A stretch of DNA of 63,965 nt, filler included, from Thelocarpon superellum (taxonomy: Eukaryota), in NCBI GenBank assembly GCA_026025795.1. It is 4 parts of 4 records of this genome, joined end to end, with 100 filler letters (N's around TTAATTAATTAA, not from the genome) between each part and the next. Parts side by side here need not be neighbours in the genome. Positions count along the whole stretch, not along the records: positions 1 to 17,167 come from JAPEUG010000378.1; 3 more parts are not named here. One strand, 5' to 3'. Positions 1 through 10,650 of this stretch are shown piece by piece (position 1 is the first letter of the stretch; the number at the start of each line of letters is the position of its first letter). Below the pieces are notes generated by a model. That model worked only from the letters and a program-made list of their open reading frames with translations. It had not been told where the DNA came from and ran no database searches. Position numbers and translations under genes: made by a program.

Positions 1-504
1 ATCGTGCCTCGCCCTCTCTTAATGTATGTTACTTGCGTACCTTATTCAACGGTCGCTCGCTTGCTGTCCCGATGTCCGGGCCAAGGTGTTAGTGTACGAC
101 GGTACGGAAGAGTGGTGAGAGATTCGGACCTCGTATTCCTTTCAAGTTATTGATTGGATGAGAGCCGCTGCCTGGTGGGTTGCCATGTCTATCCTGGACC
201 TGCGAGGACATGGCAGAAGATCAGGCAGCAACGGCCAACCCCGCAGCGATGAGGCTGTGTCTGCCGCCTCTACCTCCTTCGTGGTTTCTTCGTCATTGAA
301 ATTGTCTGAGTAAGTGGAGGAACCTTTCGCTCAAACTTTCGCACGCTCACTCGAACTCTCTAGTCGTCCTCTACCCATGGTTCCGACCTGAATTGAGCAA
401 TCTGACTCCTGAGACCATCGCATACGGCCAACTCAGCTCGTGATCCCGGAAACACGTCCTGGCCAGCCCTCGGACCGTCCCGCCCCGAGGGCGGCTTGCT
501 TATC

Positions 505-2773
505 ATGTCAGGACCAGTCGGATTCAACTTCCAGGGGGATGTCTTTGCAGGCGGCTCACTAGTTTTCCAAGCTGCTGGGGGTGATGAAGCTGCTGTCCGA
601 TGCCAGAGTCGATGTCTACGCGGTCGGTACGGTACTAGCACTGGGCAAACAAATTCCAATCTCGCAGCATCAAGAGACCATCGTCTCCACTGCCATGATG
701 AAGAGAGCGAACGAACGGAGAGGCATTCTCGCCAAGGCCTTGCGAATCGGATGGGGATGCAACGATGCAGCGTATGAGCTATCACGGACCCGAGCAGGCT
801 CGGCTGCCTTGATCGTCATAATGCCTTCGCAACTGGACCGTCCGCACACGTCGCAGCGCAAGGGCTGCAAGACCTAATGACGCTCTGTGGATGCTGTCGT
901 GAGCTTCTCCCATCAGTCAGCGCATTAAAGGGACTCGTCAGCCACCTCAATCCGATCATGGAAGACAGTGGATTCTTTACGATTCGGGAACATGTTCGGT
1001 CGACGTCTTTTGGTGTGCTGTCGAGAGCCTCAACACGCGATTCGGCGGATGTATATGCCTTGTCTCGGGACAGTGACCTGCCAAAGGAATGGGCTGGAGC
1101 AGTGAAGCAGCTCATGCTTGCTGCATCTCGGAGCGAAACGGCATACTTGCATACGATTGTCCGGGCGGCCTGGTTCGCAGCTTTTGCTACTCATGTGTTG
1201 AACATGGAATGCACTCTCATCCATCACTCGAAGGTACTCTGGTCATCGGCCGAATCCCATGGTTCTGTGGTCCTGTGGTCATTCAAGTCGCCTACACCGC
1301 AGACGCAGCCGCACAATAATTTTGGTGCTCGTTGCAATCGACCGATCTTCAAGACAAATGGATGGAAAGTGTCTGGAGACTCGATATCTGCTTAAAGATG
1401 CGCTGAAAGCGGAGTTGCTATCGTTCCCACCGCTGAGCGCACGATCATGGGAAACGGTGCAGCGCAAGCTGGTACAAATGGTCATGCGTCTCGCAGGAAT
1501 GGTGCGGATATGGCCCGAAAGTCTGTCGGATCAGCTTCGTCAAGGGCTTACTGGAAGTTTCGACCTCGCCGCGCTTGTGGTCGCAACATGTCAGGATTTC
1601 GGAGTCGAACGACAGGTCGCGGAAGAGGCGATCGCCCTGGTCGAAGACTTCACAGGAGAAATGGATCTACCGGAGATTTGGGACAGCTGCTGCTGCTATG
1701 GGCAGCAGAGAAGTCGAAAGATGCCCCACATTGCCGGGTGTCTTGTTGGATTGATCAACGACTTGGCAACGAATGCGGCTATAACCGCAGCAGCAATGCT
1801 GCTTTGCGAGAACTATTCCTCAGAAGTGCGTATAAGTGGAGAAGTGTTCAATGGTGCGCATCCAACCCCCTGGGCCGCCTATCTTCATTCCCGCCTGGAG
1901 ACGCATCGAGCACCAGCAAACGCATCCGCCACTCTGAACGAGCTATTGGGGCATGTGCGCAGTCTTCTCCATGGCACAGCAACTTGTGAGATGAATTCAC
2001 CTCTCAGCTGTGTTGGCATTTCGTCGGGTAGTTCGACAGTTGCTTTCAAGGCACTCTTCGATGATGAGGCCTTTGCGCCAGGTGAAAAGGTTCTCGCAAT
2101 CTACGGAGGACGAGTCACGCTCAATGGCGAAGCCAAGGAATTCATCACAGATACAGAGACCGGTTGCTGCATGCACGATCCCGTCACCGAAGCTTGGACC
2201 CTTGCAGCGGGAACACAGTTCAGTGGACGCCCCACTAATGGTCTCCTAGACCTCACCTGTGACGTGCAAGCGCTGGAAACCTGCTTTCGAGTCCGCTGCG
2301 AGATCTTCTCCAAGCTCCCGTCGGCAACTCTTCCGAGACCCCTCTCATCCCAAGACGAAACCTACCGGTCCCTTGTAGCTTCCTTCAGCGTTCGCTGGGC
2401 TGTCGCCGGCCTTTTCCAAGCCCTGACTGGTCCCCAATGTGGTCACCCCTCCGATGCGCCCTTTCTGGTACCAGCATTTTCTCACTGTTGTTCTTCTCGT
2501 GGTGATTGTTTCGGTGGTCATTTCTGTGCTCTAATGCCACTCACGCATTCAAGCTGTCTTTTCGTCAAAACTCAAGGCAGTAGGCTCGCACAGCTTGCCG
2601 CTTTAGCACAATTGTGCGACAGGAGTTCGACGCGGCACCTGTCTCAATTAGCGGCTTCAACGTTGTTGTTCCGTCAGGCCGATTCTTGTCTAGCATGTAC
2701 CTTTGAGAGGGCCAAGCAGCTTCTCCTGCGCGATGCACCGACTTCTGCAAACATTCTTGTTGTTTGCGAGTAG
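505..2773 (+). pseudogene. Frameshifted gene of an uncharacterised fungal protein (~750 aa if repaired)
   Basis: Protein-like reading MSGPVGFNFQGDVFAGGSLVFQAAG / VMKLLSDARVDVYAV...GSAALIVI / AFATGPSAHVAAQGLQDLMTLCGC...MEDSGF... / ...ETRYLLKDAL... needs frame changes at ~578 (G run), ~820 and ~1290-1390. No introns evident at these points. Confidence 0.6.
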
Positions 2774-3334
2774 ATGTGGGTATCGTGTCACAGCGAAGAA
2801 AGTGTGGGTTCTACCGGAGTTCTCAAGCTGTTGTTCTGTTTGTGGTGGTGGTCATTCAAAGCGCGTGGAGCGTAATTCTTTCTTTCCTCTTACAAAACGG
2901 CAGGTTGCGTTGGCGTTCGAGAGGGACAAGAGATCATCACAAGGCGAGGGGAAAGGAGGGCGGTAAGGAGGAGAAAATCCGAAACAGGACGGTATGACTA
3001 TCAGATCATGGGGCATGATATGATGATATGTTAAGATGACAGGAATCGACATGGGAAACGGTGGGTTGGCTATGGGCAAACACTCGCACAGTAGAAGGAG
3101 AAGATTGAATCAAGATCGCATCGAGATGCAATCAAGGAAGAAGGTGAAGTCCAGTCGAGGTATGTGCATAACTAGTCACTGCCGAGCTGTGTAATCTTGG
3201 GAGTCGTTCCATCACCCTCCACTTCCCGACTCCATCATCTCATTCCGTTCCCTTTCGCCTCATCCTGCATCGCTTGCATCCATCCATTCATCCATCCAAT
3301 CCCCATCAAGTCCGTCGTATGGAAGTCGAGGTGA

Positions 3335-4022
3335 TCAATACTTCCCGCTGCCGCCCCACGAACTACCGCCCTGTGATCCGCCACTAGGATGCGTCTGCTT
3401 GTAATCCTTGAACTTGTCTTCGGCCAGAGAGCCGAGGATGGCGCCGCCGATGGCGCCCAAGATGCCGTGACCGGCCTGGTGGCCGCCGATGCCGCCGGCG
3501 AGACCGCCCGCCAGTGCGCCGCCTAGACCGCGCTCGCCGTCCTGTCCGCCGTCCGGTCCCGGCATGCCGTTGTATCCTTCTTGGCCCGGTGCCGGGCCGC
3601 CGTATTGCTGTCCCTGCTGCGGCGGCTGCTGCTGCTGCTGCTGCTCGCCGTACCCTTCGTTGCCGGGTTGACCTTGGTGGTGACTGCGTTGGTGTTAGCG
3701 GCTGCGGTCGGGCGACGGTGGTGGTGGTGGTGGTGGTGGTGGCGATGAGGTGATGTGGGGCGAGAACTCACTGGTGATGATGTTGGCCGGGTTGGCCCTG
3801 CTGGCCTTCATATCCACCTTGGTATCCTTGTTGCTGTTGATGCTGAAAGCCGCCTTGGGCCGGAGGTCCATACGAGCCGCCGTATTGGCCTTGGTTCTGG
3901 CCGTATGCGCCGCCTTGGGGACCTTGTCCGCCGTACGGACCTTGCCCGTATCCTCCTTGGCCGGGCGGGCCTTGCTGGTAGCCTTGGCCGTATTGGTTGT
4001 TGTTGTTGTACGGGTCAGACAT
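3335..4022 (-). CDS. Q/G/Y-rich low-complexity protein with C-terminal glycine-zipper (2TM-type) motif; join(4022..3772,3683..3335)
   Basis: ATG 4022 (MSDPYNNNNQYGQGYQQG...). Intron 3771..3684 with GTGAGT, GCTAAC and CAG joins in frame to ...DGERGLGGALAGGLAGGIGGHQAGHGILGAIGGAILGS...KY*. Confidence 0.85.
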
Positions 4023-4249
4023 GATGATGTGGTGAGGTGAGGTGGGATTGAGATGAGGTGGGGTGGGGTGGGCGGACGGGAGACCGACGACCGAGATGCA
4101 GAGAGGAGACGCTGGCAGTCGCAACGAGCTGAATCGATCGAGTAGGAGATGGATGAGTCTGAGACAACGAGATAGATGAGGGATGGAGGAGAATGAGGAT
4201 GGAGATGTCGGATGGGAACGTTCGGCACCTGGCGGCAGTCGGACGTTCA

Positions 4250-4256
4250 ATATATA
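4250..4256 (-). promoter_or_regulatory. Putative TATA box of the glycine-zipper gene
   Basis: TATATAT on the minus strand in GC-rich context, ~230 nt upstream of the ATG, followed by a pyrimidine-rich leader. Confidence 0.45.
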
Positions 4257-5018
4257 CCCCGCCCGCCTGACTATCGACCCGCCTGACTTGCCGCCGCGCT
4301 GCACCGGACGAGTACCGCCGCCCGGTCGCGTTATCCCCACTATACTTCACTCGGCCGCAGGTACGAGAGTCCTCGTACGGCTCAGCTCAGCCCCCTCCCT
4401 CCTTTCCACATTTCCCCCCACCGACGGACGGCCCCCACTACCACCACGCGCCAGCTCGATTTACCCTGGACTCAGCCTGGACTTGGTTAGGCTCGGTACG
4501 AGACACGTCTGAACCAGCTCGACGTTACCGAGCGTGCTCTCGTACGAGTCCACTTCTAACGTAGACCGGAGAACGCGAGAGTCGGGTGGAACAGGGTAGA
4601 CATGGTGCTTCGCGTGAAAAGGTCGTCCATCCATCGCTTTGTCAGACCACTCATGCGCACAAGACGGAGAATGTCTTCACCTTTTCGCTTGACCACCAGG
4701 TCTGTGCCTCGTGCGTACGAAACTACTGACATCATACCTGCGATGTGTAGATGCATCAATATGGCGACCGGGGTGACATCTCCCGTACCATACTCGCATG
4801 ATCCGTCCCGGACGATACTCGGGTGAAGGCGAGAGAAGCCGCGGCGTGCAATGGAATGGTACTCGGACAGCGCGAAGCGACTCGGGCAGACGCTGGGAGA
4901 TGCTGGAAAATGCGGGTGGCTGAGCAGGCGGAACTTCGCACCTCAGCCACTTTTTCTCTCGGGCCGCGAATCACATCCGCCACTACGGAGTATTAGGTAC
5001 TAGCGTCACGTCATTTGT

Positions 5019-5305
5019 CGACTGAGCCACGCGACTTTTCAGACGAAGAAGCGAGGCGCAGTCAGTTTGGACGAGGGTCTTCGTACCACCTTCCGATGCG
5101 ACAGCTACAACAGCCACAGCAGACGGCGCTCTTGACGTCGTACCTTGGCAGATGTGTTTGTCAAGTGTGCAACGAGGGTTGATGAGGCTGACCGGGTCCG
5201 CGGTAGTGTATCAACCCTCGTGTGGAATCGCACATCACACTGCGCGCCTCACGCTCGAGCTTGGAGCCCGTAGTCAGGTCCCGGGATATTGGAGCTTCTC
5301 GACAA
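5019..5305. ncRNA. Candidate structured RNA (hairpin cluster), class unassigned
   Basis: Perfect 12-bp stem 5172-5183/5210-5221, a second long imperfect hairpin 5020-5063, a small hairpin ~5067-5087, and ACA motifs next to terminal hairpins. Confidence 0.25.
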
Positions 5306-5405
5306 TGTTGTCTTCTCCGAATCAGCCTTGCATCTGCAATACGTAGGACGGGTAGAGTTGCCACCAAGATTTGGTAATACTACACTTCGTAGACAGGACG
5401 TCTTG

Positions 5406-7313
5406 CTACCAGCCGTCGAAGTTCCCGAACCCTCCGTTCCCTTTCATCTTCTTTTTCGTCGGCTCGGAAAGGTGATCCGCATCGTCCGCCTCCCCTCCCG
5501 CTTGGGGCGTGCCTTCAGCCCCCGTGAGGTACTTGCCAACGCCCACTTGCTCCTCCACACGATTCTCTACCGTCCCGTCTGCTCTGATTCTCTTCCCCGT
5601 CCACGTCACTTTCTCATCTTCCGCGCCCCCCGATCTCTGAATCTCTTCTTTCTCACGTTCGCGCTCGTCTTTCTCTTTCCGTTGCTTCTGGAACTCTTCA
5701 AACGGATCGACGAACACCACAACGGTCTTCATCGTGATTTCCTCCACCGGCCGATCCGATTCCGTCGGCACATGCTCCAAACGTGAGAGAGTCTCCATTC
5801 CACCGACCACGCGTCCGAAGATGGTGTGTTTTCGGTCCAGATGCTTGGCCGGTCGATAGGTGATGAAGCTGACCCGTCAGTCATCTGGGGATTCCACAGA
5901 TGAGGCGTCACTTACAATTGACTTGAATTCGTGTTCTTGCCCTTGTTCGCCATGGACATGACCCCCCGTGCATCGTGCGTCATCGGACCGTCAAATTCGT
6001 CGTTGAAGTTCTTGCCCCAAACACTCGTCCCCCCCTTACCTGTGCCTGTCGGATCGCCACCTTGAATCTATCAACGTTAGCCACGGTTCTCTCGTGCAGA
6101 GGGTGAGCTTACCATGAAATTGCGAACGTTTCGATGGAACGACACCCCGTCGTAGTAGCCCTTCTTCGCCAGCTGTACAAAATTCCAGACTGCCTTGGGC
6201 GCGAACTCGGGATGCAGTTCGACATTCAAATCTCCCTGGTTCGTCTGTATTCGCGCGTACCCTTTCGTCTTCACCCGCCTCGGCTTGAGCATGTATTCTT
6301 CGTCCGTCAAGAGCGCACGCTCGCCGGACGTGTGCGGGGTCAAGCCGGTGCTGGTAAAGGATGCCGCCGCTTTGCCGGTCGTATGCTGAGCGGCGTTGTA
6401 GGGGACTGTGCGGCCGGAATGTGCCAGGATTCTCTGCTGTGACGTCGCGGAGGAGGCCGACGACACCACGGCCTTGCCATTTGCCAACATGGGATTCCGG
6501 TTCGGGTCTTGCCGCTCTCGTCTGGCCCGCTCGACGGCCTCCTTGGCTTTCAGGATCTTGGCCGAGCTTCCCATGGCCGAGAGATTGACCGCGCCAGCTC
6601 GCTCCTTCTCCTGCTCCGGCGTCAAGGTGTTGATCCCTTCCTGGACATACTTGAACTGGCTCAGGTCCCGCGCCTCCACGTTCTGCGGATCTTGCAACGT
6701 GATGAGGTCTGCGCGCGTAAACTCCGCATCGCTGACGAGATCTCGCCACACCTTGGCCTTGATGTTCAGCCGCTCGACCGTGTCGTAGGCGAAGACATTG
6801 CCCGACGGCTTCAACGCCACGATGTGGGTGTTGTCCGTAAAGACCTTGTACGTGACCGGGTCGACGTATTCACCCTCTTCATTCTTGGCAAAGTGCAGCT
6901 GGATCAGATCGGAGGCCTTCAGGGGCGCGCCCGTGACCGGGTTGGTGCCGCGTTTCTTGAGCCACGGGAGGATGTTGGTGAGGTCGAAGATGGTGCCGTC
7001 CGGAGTGCAGACGGGGTGGCTGAAGGGCTGGAGCGACACGGCGCAGAAGTTGAAGGGCAGCCGTTTGAACGAGGCCCCGACCGCCTTGACTTTGTTCACG
7101 CCAGCGCCGGCGCTCGCCGAGTATGCGTCCTCTGAGGCCCATTCGGAATGCGTGATCTGGGTGGAGGACGGTGGTCAGCGGTCGTTCCGGTGGCCGACGC
7201 TCCTCTCAAGACCCTCAACTTACGTAGAGCTTGTCCGTACCTGTCACACCGCACGGTAATCAGGATTGAGCTGCGCCATCGACACGCTCCGAAAGCCACT
7301 TACCTTTCCCCAT
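5406..7313 (-). CDS. cyp8: U-box + cyclophilin peptidyl-prolyl isomerase-like 2 (PPIL2/Cyp60), multi-exon
   Basis: Micro-exons 7313-7304 and 7240-7224 give MGKGTDKLYITHSEW. Motifs [52 protein letters not shown] and C-terminal FGNFDGW. Confidence 0.95.
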
Positions 7314-7628
7314 CCTCACAGTGTGAAGCCGCTGACGTCGAGCGAAGAGAGACGGCGATGTTCGATGAAGTTTATCGAGTGGCCGATCAAATCCAAATCT
7401 CCCGAGCCTTGACCCCCAGCTATTCCTGGGAGATCGTATCAAATACTGGCTACATCACGCATGTGGGATTGTCTGCGTAGTACGTGCGAAGCATGGCCAA
7501 AGTACGAGTGAAAAGATCTTGGTTGGACTCTCCCAACGGTGCTTTTGCGGAGCAGCGCGTTCGATCCTCCCCGTCCCTCCCACCAAACGCCAGCGCTCTC
7601 ATCCGAATCATACATCATAATCGACCGT

Positions 7629-10124
7629 TCAATCACCCGCTGCTCTATACTGTAACGTGACCACCCACTCTTGCGCAAAGTCCACGCCATGCCGTCTCCG
7701 GGTCCCATACTTCCTCCAAGCCGTGTTGCTGATGCCCAGGTCCACCGCCCACAATTGCCACGACTGACCCTGGCCGGCGACGATGGCATTCAGGAGCCCG
7801 GTTTTGGGAGCGCCCATGGCCACGACCAGGTCGGCACGAAGGATGAGTGTCTCCCCCTCGATCAGTGACACCTCGCCTACGATCGTCAGTCGCTCAGCCT
7901 CATCCCACGCGCCATGCCGAAGCTACGTACCCGTAGACGCGTCGACCCCGGACGGCGCATCGATCGCCAGGACGCAGGCCTTGCTTTGATTTGCCCATCG
8001 GATCAGCTCGTACGCACTGGCTTGGTCATCGGTCCGAAGATCCTCAAAGGAGATGTGCATGCCCAGTAAGGCGTCTATGACCAGGCCTGGAGGGGCCTCG
8101 GGCTGCTTTGGACCGCCCGCCACTTCATCCCATCGGCTGAGCCGGCCGCCGCTGTTGCGGAAGACGCGCAGCTGCCGTCGCAACATCTCCAACAGCTCGT
8201 CTTCTCGCTCCAAGCCTAGCACACAGATGGTGACGCGCACCCCGTGGTTCCGTAGATGGCGACCGCCGGCCACGGCCCGCGCTCCGCTCTTATTGTTGCC
8301 CGCCAGGACGACGACGGCCGGGAGCGGCCCCTGCGCCCCGTGAGGGAGCTTCTGGCGGCGTTGGTCGAGGGCGGAGAGGGCCACCTCGGCGATGCCCCGG
8401 CCCGCATTCTCCGTCATCATGTCCTCGGTCAATCCGACCTCGACCTCGGCAATGCGCTCGACGTCGAGCATCTGGAGCGGGTTGACGACTGGGCACAGCC
8501 GGTTCGATGGAGAGATGCGAAGAGATGGCTTCGTCGATGGAACTGCTCCAACCCCAGCCGATCCAGTCCTCGCCGTCGCCTCGGGTCGGGGACTGACTGT
8601 GTGCGACGACGAGCCTGCACCACGAACGAGCGAGCCGGAAAGAGGTCCCGTCGCCGTCACCGTGGCCATGGCCGGTACCGGCCCAGCTGCCGCGCCGGAT
8701 TTTCCGCCACCCCTGCGGATGGAATGCTTAGTCGAGGTCCGCGAGCGGGCCTTGCGCGAGTTTCGGCCACTCTCAATCGGCCCATCCATCTCGAGGTCGG
8801 CATCGCTGTCGCCTGCTTCACTGTTCCAGTGATTCGAGGCGGCCGGTTCGTCCAGCACATTTTCCGTGTAGTGGAGGTTCTTTCCCCCCGCCGTGCCGGG
8901 CTTGGGCTGCATCCGATTGTGGTGCACCAGACGAGCCTCGCTCGCCGTCTGGTCCTCGGCCTTGATCTGATTGAACACGCTCCGTTTGTCGAACTTGGAC
9001 AGGTTCCCCTGGAAGTCGAACTCGCCCATGCCCTGAATGTCCGTCGCCTCTTCCGTCGCCCATCCGTCATTATGCTCGCCGTTGGCCGGGTAATCGCGCC
9101 CCTTGCGCCGGCCACCGGCTGGCCCCATCGTGCGCCTCGGCTTCGTCCGAAACACGGGCGGCTTCCGCTCCGGCGTTTCTGGCTCCACCGAGGTCACGCT
9201 ATGGCGAAACACCTGATCGCGCCCATTGCTCTTGGACCTGAGCGGCAACGCCTCCGCTTCGTCGTCTGCGGGGAGCGGCGGCGTCTTGGTCGCGGCCTCC
9301 TTGCGTTTCCGTGCCGTCCCGCCTCGTCGGCCTCGCTTCCCGCCGTGGCCCGGTGGTGCCATGACGCCGTCCGCTTCTGCAGCCACGGGCCAGTCAGCCG
9401 CTTCGGGCGCCATCGCGTGCGCCGCGTCATGGTGTGATGGCCTTGATGCCGGCTCTCCGCCGTCGTCCCCATTCGCACTGAGTTCCAGGCTACTGAACGG
9501 GGCGGTCAAGGTGGCTTTGGCAATCTCACGCGAGGCATTGGTGAGCTGTGCGGGGAGCGACGAGAGCAGGTGGTGAATGCCCCCCGCGAACGAGGATTGG
9601 GAGGGCGGCGAGATTTCGGCATGGCTGGGCGGCGGCGTCGTGGCGTGGGCGAGGAGCTCGTGGGGCACGACGTGAGCGGCGCTGGAGACGGAGTGGTGCA
9701 CGTCAGTGGGCGGCGCAGTGGGCTTGCGTCCCATGCTCAGGATCGCGGGATCATCTAGTCCACGTGCGGGCCGTGGCACCGGCGTGGTCGTGGTGCTGAC
9801 GGCCGCCACATGCGAGGCACTGGAGATGGTGGGCGTCGGCGTGTCCGTTCGGGGAGGGTCCCGGCGAGAAGCGACCTCGAGGTCGGCGATGAAGGCACCA
9901 TCAACTCTGCACTCGGCCTCTCGAGCGCCCGTGTGCGGGAAAAAGGCTGTGGGGACATGTTAGCCGCAGCTCAGCAGCGGGAGATCGAGGAGCGAGAATA
10001 GAGACGCACCGTCGCGTAAGAGGAGCTGTTGTCCGGCCACGCCAGCGACCAGACCCTGCAGCTGGGTGTGCGATGGGGCTTTGAGGGTGACGAGCACCTC
10101 TAGGCCCAGGAATTGTTCCGCCAT
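7629..10124 (-). CDS. EDC3: Enhancer of mRNA decapping 3 (FDF + YjeF_N domains), 3 exons
   Basis: Start MAEQFLGLEVLVTL, FDF motif (EFDFQGNLSKFDKRSVF), YjeF_N motifs (MMTENAGRGIA, LAGNNKSGARA, AIDAPSG, ADLVVAMGAPKTGL). Confidence 0.95.
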
Positions 10125-10650
10125 GATGGACGGGTGGCGGGCGAGGCAACGATGGCACGAGGTATGGCGTGGGGGAGGTGATGATGGCACGAGCAGCACA
10201 TCATCGGAGGGTCAATTGTCCCTTGACTGATCATCTCCCACCACCTGCGCTTCCTCTTTCGCGGTGAATGCGATCAACCGGGAGCGCCTGGACCACTGTC
10301 ACTGGTGATCAGCGCCACCTTACTTCCTCCTGGCCAGCGACAGGTACTGGCGAACGTTTCAGGGATTCTTCATCCTCCGCAAGCTCATAGCTAGCCAATC
10401 ACGAGTCGCGGAGTCAGCAAGGCATGATGACATAAGCACATCCAACCTCCTCGCCGTCGGGGCTATCTCCGGGGACTCATCCCGGGGACTGTTACAGAGT
10501 GCCTCGATGTAATGAGATCATACTTCTCAGACCAGCAGCGGCCACGAGCGCACGCAGTGAGATAAGCGGAGGAGCTGAGAGGTGGCAGTACAGAGGCTTT
10601 CTTTCGGCCAGCTCCTGCCCGACGAGCTCCCCTCCGTGACAAGCCAATTT

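Noticed and set aside
10460..10500. AACAGTCCCCGG on the minus strand, resembling RNase MRP CR-I
   Set aside because: No complementary GGGGCTYA (CR-V) partner downstream before EDC3
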